Of a stretch of 32,000 nucleotides of DNA, positions 25,278 through 32,000 are shown piece after piece. How positions within the stretch are numbered: position 1 is the first letter of the stretch; each line of letters begins with the position of its first letter. The notes below the pieces were generated by a model. It saw nothing but the letters and a program-made list of their open reading frames with translations, searched no databases and was not told where the DNA came from. Position numbers and translations under genes: made by a program. The DNA comes from Paracoccus suum (GTDB lineage: Bacteria > Pseudomonadota > Alphaproteobacteria > Rhodobacterales > Rhodobacteraceae): NCBI RefSeq assembly GCF_003324675.1, contig NZ_CP030918.1, positions 3,120,001 through 3,152,000 of the forward strand, read 5' to 3'.

Positions 25278-26654
25278 ATGAAGATCATCGTATGCGGTGC
25301 CGGCCGGGTGGGCTGGCAGATCGCCCGGCAACTGGCGGCCGAAGGCAATGACGTCACCCTCGTCGACATCGACGCCGAAGTGATCCGGCGCGCGACTGAT
25401 GAGCTGGACGTGCGCGGTGTCGCGGGCTTTGCCAGCCATCCCGACGTGCTGGACCGCGCTGGAGCGGCCGACTGCGATCTGATCATCGCCGTGACCCCGC
25501 TCGACGAGGTCAACATGGTCGTCTGCGAGGTCGCCCATGCGGTGTTCGAAGTGCCGCGCAAGATCGCCCGGCTGCGCAGCCCCGCCTATCTGGACGCGCT
25601 CTGGTCGGATCTTTACCGCACCGACCGCCTGCCCATCGACGTCGTCATCAGCCCTGAGCGCGAGGTCGCGCAAGCCGCCTACGAGCGGCTGATCGCCCCG
25701 ACCGCCTTTGCCACCGGCAGCTTCCTGGGCGGGGTCGCGCAGCTTTACGGGCTGGTGCCGGAGGAGGGCTCGGCAGTCATCGGAACGCCGCTGCGCCAGC
25801 TGTCCGAGCTGTTTCCGCAACTGCGCGCCCTGGTGCTGGCGATCGAGCGGGACGGCCGCTTGTTCGCGACCGAGCCACGCGATCAGGTGCTGGCGGGCGA
25901 CCGGGTCTATGTCATGGTCCATGCCGAGGACGCGCCGCGCACGCTGGAACTGTTCGGCCGCGCGCTGCGCCATCCCGGCCGGGTCGTCCTGATCGGCGGC
26001 GGCCCCGTGGCGATTGTCCTCGCGCAGATGCTGGAGGGCGCGAAGCCGCCCGCCAAGGTCACGGTGATCGAATCCCACCTGGCCCGGGCCGAGGCAGCGG
26101 CGGATGCCCTCGACGGCACGCTGGTCCTGCATGGCGACGGGCTGCGGGCCGAGCTTCTTGCCGAGGCCGGCATCGCCCACGCCGATGCCGCCGTCGCCAT
26201 GACCGGCGATGACCGCGTCAACATCCTCGCTGCGATCCGCGCCAAGCAGCTTGGCGCTAACCTGAGCATTCCGATCATCAACGATGCCGGTCTTGCGCCG
26301 CTGATGGACGCGGTGCCGCTGGACGCCTGGATCGACCCGCGTGCGGTCACCGTCTCGACCATCCTGCGGCACATCCGCCGCGGCCGGGTGCGCGATGTGC
26401 GCCTGATTGGCGAGGGCGCGGCCGAGGTGATGGAGGCTCAGGTCCTGCCGCGCAGCGGCCTTGCGGGACGCACGATGACCAGCGTCGGCCTACCGCCCGG
26501 CGCCATGTTCGGCCTGGTACGGCGCGGCGACAAGATCCTGATGCCGCACCCGACCCTGCGCCTTGAGCCCGGCGACTTGGTCTGCATCCTCGCCGTCACC
26601 TCGGACATGCCCGAGGTCGAGCGCCTGCTGCAGGTCGGTATCGATTATTTCTAG
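25278..26654 (+). CDS. trkA: Trk potassium uptake system NAD-binding protein TrkA
   Basis: Two RCK_N/RCK_C repeats. Rossmann motifs MKIIVCGAGRVG and VVLIGGGPVA. 458 aa. Confidence 0.92.
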   Translation: MKIIVCGAGRVGWQIARQLAAEGNDVTLVDIDAEVIRRATDELDVRGVAGFASHPDVLDRAGAADCDLIIAVTPLDEVNMVVCEVAHAVFEVPRKIARLRSPAYLDALWSDLYRTDRLPIDVVISPEREVAQAAYERLIAPTAFATGSFLGGVAQLYGLVPEEGSAVIGTPLRQLSELFPQLRALVLAIERDGRLFATEPRDQVLAGDRVYVMVHAEDAPRTLELFGRALRHPGRVVLIGGGPVAIVLAQMLEGAKPPAKVTVIESHLARAEAAADALDGTLVLHGDGLRAELLAEAGIAHADAAVAMTGDDRVNILAAIRAKQLGANLSIPIINDAGLAPLMDAVPLDAWIDPRAVTVSTILRHIRRGRVRDVRLIGEGAAEVMEAQVLPRSGLAGRTMTSVGLPPGAMFGLVRRGDKILMPHPTLRLEPGDLVCILAVTSDMPEVERLLQVGIDYF

Positions 26655-26666
26655 GAAAGCCCTGCA

Positions 26667-28280
26667 ATGATCCGCCCAACCGAGTTGCCGCTGATGCTGC
26701 TGCTGGCGGCCGTGGGCGCGGCGGCCATGCTGGTGCCAGCCGTCCAGGCGGCGCTGATGGACGACTGGCGGCTGGCACGCATCTTTGTCACCGCTTCGGC
26801 GGCCACGGGCCTTGTCACGGCGATGCTGGCCCTCGCCAACGCGGCGAACCCGCGGACCGGGCGGCTGGGGCGCAGCCACGGCGGCCTCGCCAGCCTTGCC
26901 GTGACCTATGCGCTGCTACCCGCCGCCCTGGCGCTTCCGTTGGCCATTGCCCTGCCCGACACGGGTTTTCTGAACGCCTGGTGGGAAATGCTGTCCAGCC
27001 TGACCACCACTGGCGCCTCGCTTTACGATCCGCGCATCCTGCCGCTGCCGCTGCATTTGTGGCGCGGGTTGGTCGGCTGGCTCGGCGGATTGCTGATCCT
27101 GTCGGCCGCGGTCGCGATTCTTGCGCCGCTGCAGGTCGGCGGGTTCGAACTGGTATCCGCGCCGCTCGCCGCGTCTTCGGGCTCGGACCGCCGCCAAGCC
27201 TCGGTCGCCCCGCGCGTCGGCGCAGCCCGCCCCGCGGTCGAGGGCGACAGTTGGCGCATCATCCGCGCCGCACAGTCGCTGATGCCGATCTATGGCGGGG
27301 TGACGCTGGCCCTGTGGACCGGGCTGACCATCGCTGGCGGCGGCGGCTTTTCGTCCCTGATGCGCGCCATGGGCACCGTGTCCACCTCGGGCATCGCCTC
27401 GGTGGCGGGGCCGGTCGGGGCTGCCAGCGGCTTTGCGGGCGAAGTGCTTGTGGCCGCTGGGTTGGCCCTGGCCCTGTCGCGGCGTTTCTGGCGGGGCGGC
27501 GATATGCTGCAAACCACCCGCCGTCTTCGTGACGATCCGGAGTTGCGGCTGTCCCTGGCCGTCGTGATCTTTGTCACCCTCGCCGTGTTGCTGCGCCATA
27601 TGGTTGCCGTCGCGGAGGAGCCGGCAACGGCCGCGCCGCATTCGGCTTGGTGGGCGCTGGGCGACGTCCTTCGCGTCTCGTGGGGCGCGGCCTTTACCGC
27701 ACTGTCTTATCTGACGACCACCGGCTGGATTTCGGCCGAATGGCAGGACGCGGTGACCTGGTCCGGCCTGCAGGAGCCGGGGTTGATCCTCGCCGGCCTT
27801 GCTATCATCGGCGGCGGCGCTGCCACCACCGCGGGCGGGGTCAAGCTGCTGCGCATCGCCGCGCTCATCCGCCACGGCAGTAACGAGATGGAGCGCATTG
27901 TCCACCCCGCCGCCATCGCCGGGGGCGGCCCGGCATGGCGCCGGCTGCGAACTGTCGGCGCGTTCCTCGCCTTTGTCTCGTTCATGCTCTTCGCGGTCGC
28001 CATCGCGGTGGTCATGCTGTTGGTGACCATGCAGCAGGTCGAGTTCGAGACCGCAGTCGCACTCGCCGTTGCCGCGCTCAGCAACACCGGCCCGCTGATG
28101 CAATCGGTGGCCGTCACCCCGGCGCTGAGCGGCGGGGCCGGGATCGCCGGCGCCCCGTGGGAGGGTTGGGCCGGCCTCCCGGGCCTGACCAAGGCAATCC
28201 TCGCCGCGGCCATGGTTGTCGGCCGGCTGGAGATCGTGGCCGTGCTGGCCCTGTTCTCGCCGGGCTACTGGCGGCGATGA
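26667..28280 (+). CDS. trkH: TrkH family potassium uptake membrane protein
   Basis: Polytopic membrane protein with four pore-loop signatures (LTTTGAS, VSTSGIA, LTTTGWI, LSNTGPL). Follows trkA. Confidence 0.85.
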   Translation: MIRPTELPLMLLLAAVGAAAMLVPAVQAALMDDWRLARIFVTASAATGLVTAMLALANAANPRTGRLGRSHGGLASLAVTYALLPAALALPLAIALPDTGFLNAWWEMLSSLTTTGASLYDPRILPLPLHLWRGLVGWLGGLLILSAAVAILAPLQVGGFELVSAPLAASSGSDRRQASVAPRVGAARPAVEGDSWRIIRAAQSLMPIYGGVTLALWTGLTIAGGGGFSSLMRAMGTVSTSGIASVAGPVGAASGFAGEVLVAAGLALALSRRFWRGGDMLQTTRRLRDDPELRLSLAVVIFVTLAVLLRHMVAVAEEPATAAPHSAWWALGDVLRVSWGAAFTALSYLTTTGWISAEWQDAVTWSGLQEPGLILAGLAIIGGGAATTAGGVKLLRIAALIRHGSNEMERIVHPAAIAGGGPAWRRLRTVGAFLAFVSFMLFAVAIAVVMLLVTMQQVEFETAVALAVAALSNTGPLMQSVAVTPALSGGAGIAGAPWEGWAGLPGLTKAILAAAMVVGRLEIVAVLALFSPGYWRR

Positions 28281-28331
28281 GGCTGGCGCGCCACAGGCCC
28301 CGAATGTAACATCCAACCACCCCGGCATCGC

Positions 28332-28360
28332 TTGAAAGCACTTGCAAGCATTCGTAAATG
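28332..28360 (+). promoter_or_regulatory. candidate sigma-70-type promoter for hfq (TTGAAA-N17-TAAATG)
   Basis: The hexamers and 17-nt spacing were read directly from the sequence, 33 nt upstream of the hfq ATG. No experimental support. Confidence 0.3.
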
Positions 28361-28392
28361 TGGCTGGCAAAACAAGAAAAGGTCTTCAGGAC

Positions 28393-28626
28393 ATGGCGGC
28401 GGACAAACAAAATCTTCAGGACGCGTTCCTGAACCACGTCCGCAAGGCGAAGGTCCCGGTCACGATCTTTCTCGTCAACGGTGTCAAGCTTCAGGGCGTA
28501 ATCACTTGGTTTGACAACTTTTGTGTCCTGCTGCGCCGCGACGGACAATCGCAACTCGTCTACAAGCATGCGATCTCGACCGTGATGCCGGGCCAGCCGA
28601 TCAGCCTCTACGAAGGCGAGGACTGA
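28393..28626 (+). CDS. hfq: RNA chaperone Hfq
   Basis: 77 aa. Sm1/Sm2 motifs ([43 protein letters not shown]). The upstream ATG at 28342 adds a non-conserved extension. Confidence 0.95.
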   Translation: MAADKQNLQDAFLNHVRKAKVPVTIFLVNGVKLQGVITWFDNFCVLLRRDGQSQLVYKHAISTVMPGQPISLYEGED

Positions 28627-29973
28627 TTGTCCGGCGCAAGCTTCGAGACGGCCGAGCGGCCTACCCGCGCCTTTGTCCTGCACCCCGATCTTGCCAGCGG
28701 ACGCACGCGCCGTGCGCCTGAACATGCCCTGGCCGAGGCAATTGCCCTCGCCCAGGCGCTGCCCGCTATCGAGGTTGTCGGCGGCGAGGTCGTGCGCCTT
28801 CGCGACCCGCACCCCGGCCATCTGTTCGGCACCGGCAAGCTGGCCGAGCTGGACGCGCGCCTGGAGGCCGACGAGATCGAGTTGGTGCTGGTTGACGGCC
28901 CGGTGACGCCGGTGCAACAGCGCAACCTGGAAAAGGACTGGGGCGTCAAGCTGTTGGACCGGACCGGGCTGATCCTGGAAATCTTCGCCGACCGCGCCCG
29001 CACACGCGAGGGCGTGTTGCAGGTCGAACTGGCCGCCCTCAGCTATCAGCGCACCCGACTGGTGCGCGCCTGGACCCACCTCGAGCGGCAGCGCGGCGGC
29101 TTTGGTTTTGTCGGCGGCCCCGGCGAGACCCAGATCGAGGCTGACCGGCGCGCCATCGATGACCAGATGATCCGCCTGCGCCGCCAGCTGGAGCGCGTGG
29201 TCCGCACCCGTACCCTGCACCGCGCCGCGCGGGCCAAGGTCCCCTACCCCATCGTCGCCTTGGTCGGCTACACCAACGCCGGCAAGTCGACGCTGTTCAA
29301 TCGCCTGACCGGGGCCGAGGTGCTGGCCAAGGACATGCTGTTTGCCACGCTCGACCCGACCATGCGAGCGATCCGACTGCCCGGTCCGGTCAGCGAGGGT
29401 GGCGGACGCAAGGTGATCCTGTCTGACACCGTGGGTTTCATCAGCGACCTTCCGACCGAGCTGGTCGCCGCCTTCCGCGCCACGCTGGAGGAGGTGCTGT
29501 CGGCCGACCTGATCCTGCATGTACGCGACATCGCCCACCCCGAGACCGCCGCCCAGTCGGCCGACGTGACCGCCATTCTTTCCAGCCTCGGGGTCGAGGA
29601 CGACGTGCCGGTGCTGGAAGTCTGGAACAAGATCGACCTGCTCGACCGCGAGGCCGGCGACGCGCTGCGGGCGACCGATGCCCGACGCGAGGACGTGATC
29701 GCCGTCAGCGCCCTGACCGGCGAAGGACTGCCCGCGCTGATCGCTGCGGTCGAGGCGCGCCTCGGCAGCGCGCTCGATGCGCCGCGCAGCGATGAGGTGC
29801 TGGTGCTCGACTATGCCAACGGCAGGGCGCGGGCCTGGCTGCACGAGGCGGGAGTCGTCTCGGACGAGGACCTGACCGGCGAGGCAGCACACCTGACCGT
29901 GCGCTGGACCGCGCGCCAGAAAGCCGCGTTCGAGGCGATGCAGGCACCCGACCCGGCCGAAGCCGAGGACTAA
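28627..29973 (+). CDS. hflX: GTPase HflX
   Basis: HflX N-domain followed by G1 GYTNAGKST, G3 DTVGF and G4 NKID. The TTG start directly abuts the hfq stop. This is the conserved hfq-hflX pair. Confidence 0.92.
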   Translation: MSGASFETAERPTRAFVLHPDLASGRTRRAPEHALAEAIALAQALPAIEVVGGEVVRLRDPHPGHLFGTGKLAELDARLEADEIELVLVDGPVTPVQQRNLEKDWGVKLLDRTGLILEIFADRARTREGVLQVELAALSYQRTRLVRAWTHLERQRGGFGFVGGPGETQIEADRRAIDDQMIRLRRQLERVVRTRTLHRAARAKVPYPIVALVGYTNAGKSTLFNRLTGAEVLAKDMLFATLDPTMRAIRLPGPVSEGGGRKVILSDTVGFISDLPTELVAAFRATLEEVLSADLILHVRDIAHPETAAQSADVTAILSSLGVEDDVPVLEVWNKIDLLDREAGDALRATDARREDVIAVSALTGEGLPALIAAVEARLGSALDAPRSDEVLVLDYANGRARAWLHEAGVVSDEDLTGEAAHLTVRWTARQKAAFEAMQAPDPAEAED

Positions 29974-29978
29974 TGGCC

Positions 29979-30206
29979 TTAGCGGGCCAGGAAGACGCCA
30001 GCCACGACCATCATCAGGCCCAGCATCGAGGCCAGCAGCGCGCCCATGTTCACCGACACGACCCGCTGCATCCTCGCGCGGAGCAGGGCATCATCGCCCC
30101 GGCTTTCGGCCTTGGCAGCGCGGGCCGCAAAGATGCACCAGACAATACCGCCCAAGCCCGCCAGCGTCACTGCCGCGCCAATCCAGATCAGCAGCTCGAG
30201 GTTCAT
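29979..30206 (-). CDS. small two-TM membrane protein (75 aa), hypothetical
   Basis: ATG 30206 with AAGGA upstream. Two hydrophobic helices flank a basic loop (AARAAKAESRGDD). The longer ORF-track version (to 30419) overlaps the gapR-like gene start on the opposite strand and is rejected. Confidence 0.55.
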   Translation of the reverse strand: MNLELLIWIGAAVTLAGLGGIVWCIFAARAAKAESRGDDALLRARMQRVVSVNMGALLASMLGLMMVVAGVFLAR

Positions 30207-30314
30207 GGCATGTCCTTTGTGCAGGGCCCGCCGATCGCTTAGCCCATGATTGCGCGTCCGGGCAAGACCGCCTAGACCCCCGGCCTGTGGAAGCCGAACG
30301 GACAGGACGGAACG

Positions 30315-30566
30315 ATGAACGAGCCTCGCAATTATGATGTCGCCGCTGACGAGCTGCGCCAGTTCATCGAGCAGTACGAGCAACTCGAGTCCGAAAAGAA
30401 GGATGTCACCGAGCAGCAAAAAGAGCTGATGTCCGAGGCGAAGGCTCGCGGCTATGACACCAAGGTCATGAAAAAGGTGATCGCCCTGCGCAAGCGCGAC
30501 AAGGACGACATCGCCGAGGAAGAGGCGATCATGGACATGTACAAGGCCGCGCTGGGCATGGTCTGA
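30315..30566 (+). CDS. gapR: DUF2312/UPF0335 protein, homolog of the Caulobacter nucleoid-associated protein GapR
   Basis: 83-aa coiled-coil protein. LRQFIEQYEQLESEKKDVTEQQKELMSEAKARGYDTKVMKKVIALRKRD...EEEAIMDMYKAALG aligns along its length with GapR as I recall it. Confidence 0.85.
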   Translation: MNEPRNYDVAADELRQFIEQYEQLESEKKDVTEQQKELMSEAKARGYDTKVMKKVIALRKRDKDDIAEEEAIMDMYKAALGMV

Positions 30567-30586
30567 GGCTGGCGGCCGCCTGCCTC
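30565..30586 (+). terminator. candidate terminator hairpin after the gapR-like gene
   Basis: GAGGCTGGC-GGCC-GCCTGCCTC: 9 positions pair with one T-T mismatch around a 4-nt loop. It overlaps the stop codon. The downstream U-tract is poor (GTGTTGTG about 18 nt later). Confidence 0.35.
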
Positions 30587-30697
30587 GCCTGAGCTGGCGT
30601 GTTGTGACCTGAGGCGGTCGAGCGCGAGATCTGAAAAAGATGGTGTCCCGGCGTCGCCGAGATCCCGCTGAAACTGACGGTCTAGCTCGATAGCCGG

Positions 30698-31570
30698 TCA
30701 GGGGCTGATGAACTCGACCCCCGGCAGGGCCGCAATCTCCGCCACGTCGGCGTCGTAGGCGGCGGTGATGCGGTCGATGATGGTCTGGTCCCAGCCTAGA
30801 TTCTCGACCGTCAGGGCCACCGCCTCGGGGTCGTGATCCTCCATCAGCGCCGCAGTGGTCAGCGCGCGACGCCGGCCAATGTCGGCCGCGGCCAGCGGCG
30901 CCAGTTTAGCCGCGAGGGCCTCGTAGCCCTTCTTGGTCAGCAGGGTTTCGAGCAGCGGATTGTCGTCGACCAGCGGCTCGCCCGCCGGCAGGCCGGCAAA
31001 GCGGCGCACCACCTCGGGGAAGATCAGCGGCATGTCCTCGTTACACCAGATGATCAGCCGGCGGCCGCCCAGCTCGGCCAACATGGCGCGCACAGTCGGC
31101 GCCCAGCGCAGCATCTCCGGCTTGATGCGCGCGCGCAATTCGGGCGGCACGCGGTTCATCCGGGCCAACAATTGCGAGACATGGGCGGCCGGATTCTTGA
31201 GGCCGAGGAAGAACTCGACCTCCGCCGAGGGCACAGTATGCGCCAGCATGCGCATCTTGCCCGGCATGATGCTGCCCAGCGTATCGCCGTCAAACACCCG
31301 CCGGGCCATGCCCACCAGGGTCGGCCGGCTGAGAAGCAGGCGCTGGGTACCCTCGTCCTCGATCAGGGCGTCGTGAAGGACTTCCTCGAGGTCGGGGGGT
31401 GCCACCCCGCCCTTCAGCGCGTTCAGAGCCTCGTTCAGGATCGGCTCGTTCACGTCGTTCGGGCACAGCTCGACATGCGCGCGGCGCAGCGCCTCGCGGT
31501 TGGCATTCAGCGTGCGGATAATCCGCTCGTCATCAGTGCCATGAAGGCCTACGTGGAACGCGATCTGCAT
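30698..31570 (-). CDS. hypothetical protein, distant degenerate relative of the sulfotransferase-fold protein at 15103-16059
   Basis: 290 aa from ATG 31570 (alternative ATG at 31594). Block order matches the 318-aa protein (IAFHVGLHGTDDERI vs LYLHIGTQKTGSSTI; FFLGLKNPAAHVSQLLARM vs VIVYLRRPDDLIEALYKQRL), but the P-loop Lys/Ser are absent. Confidence 0.7.
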   Translation of the reverse strand: MQIAFHVGLHGTDDERIIRTLNANREALRRAHVELCPNDVNEPILNEALNALKGGVAPPDLEEVLHDALIEDEGTQRLLLSRPTLVGMARRVFDGDTLGSIMPGKMRMLAHTVPSAEVEFFLGLKNPAAHVSQLLARMNRVPPELRARIKPEMLRWAPTVRAMLAELGGRRLIIWCNEDMPLIFPEVVRRFAGLPAGEPLVDDNPLLETLLTKKGYEALAAKLAPLAAADIGRRRALTTAALMEDHDPEAVALTVENLGWDQTIIDRITAAYDADVAEIAALPGVEFISP

Positions 31571-31693
31571 CGGCGGGCTACCCTTGCTGGTCATGGCGGC
31601 TGGACACTAGCGGCAGGGGGCCGCGGGCGAAACTGGAAATGCGGCTGGCACGCTTGCAGGCCTGCGCCGGCCGCGCTATCGCATCACGGCCGG

Positions 31694-31768
<75 letters not shown>

Positions 31769-31800
31769 GCAATCCCCTCGCCCCTTTTTCGCAGTCTTCC

Positions 31801-32000
31801 TCAGCTGGGCGTCACCCCGCGCAGGCGCTCGGACCGACGGCGCAGCATCTCGACCGTGGTCAGCAGCGCGATCGAGAACAACACCAGCAGGGTCGCGGCG
31901 GCCAGGATCTGCGGGCTGATCTGCTCGCGGATGCCGTTCCACATCTGGCGCGGGATGGTCTGCTGGTCAGGGCCGGCGATGAAGAGCACGGCCACCACCT
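31801..32000 (-). CDS. ABC transporter permease, C-terminal fragment (5' part outside the window)
   Basis: C-terminal ...IPRQMWNGIREQISPQILAAATLLVLFSIALLTTVEMLRRR is typical of the last TM of PotB/PotC-type permeases. The frame stays open to the window edge. Confidence 0.75.
   Translation of the reverse strand, partial: VVAVLFIAGPDQQTIPRQMWNGIREQISPQILAAATLLVLFSIALLTTVEMLRRRSERLRGVTPS

Noticed and set aside
28284-28300. TGGCGCGCCA palindrome just after trkH as a terminator.
   Set aside because: It is a 10-nt perfect palindrome with no loop and no following U-tract. It is probably just a GC-rich restriction-site-like palindrome.
28342-28392. Earlier ATG giving a 94-aa Hfq.
   Set aside because: Hfq N-termini are conserved and short. 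The [10 protein letters not shown] start matches the family, and the extension would swallow the putative promoter.
28281-28392. Sigma-54 (-24 GG / -12 GC) promoter upstream of hfq; also considered upstream of ntrY (21517-21602).
   Set aside because: TGGC and TTGC strings are present, but not with the required TGGCAC-N5-TTGC spacing. Both EBP-like regulators in the window lack GAFTGA, which makes sigma-54 promoters less likely.

Overview
High-GC alphaproteobacterial chromosome segment; spot counts give about 58-75% G+C per 60-nt block. Gene content and order look like core Rhodobacterales/Paracoccaceae-type genome, not an accessory island. Left to right: (1) the TCA-cycle cluster sucA (5' truncated)-sucB-[LysE exporter, 85-aa protein, MAPEG protein]-lpdA, then an SLT-domain lipoprotein and a two-HKD phospholipase-D protein. 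(2) A divergent Lrp/AsnC regulator next to a sulfur-assimilation operon: DUF2849, sulfite reductase hemoprotein, and APS reductase fused in frame to DUF934. (3) A short ModE-like regulator, a palindromic operator and modABC. (4) A lower-GC sulfotransferase-fold orphan gene and sdaA. (5) The conserved block dusB(nifR3)-ntrB-ntrC-ntrY-ntrX-trkA-trkH-hfq-hflX. (6) A small membrane protein, a GapR/DUF2312 homolog, a second degenerate sulfotransferase-fold-like protein, tRNA-Thr(UGU), and the 3' end of an ABC permease. Many adjacent genes overlap start and stop codons (ATGA/GTGA), which implies operons. I found no CRISPR array, transposase, integrase, phage genes or recognisable defence system. The points most worth a second look are domain-architecture oddities: a two-lipoyl SucB with a retained internal start, the CysH::DUF934 fusion in a flavoprotein-less sulfite-reduction operon, a ModE lacking molybdate-binding domains, and an NtrC with a degenerate AAA+ core. 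The lower-GC orphan gene with an AT-rich repeat cluster upstream also stands out. The long ORFs antisense to real genes are GC-bias artefacts.
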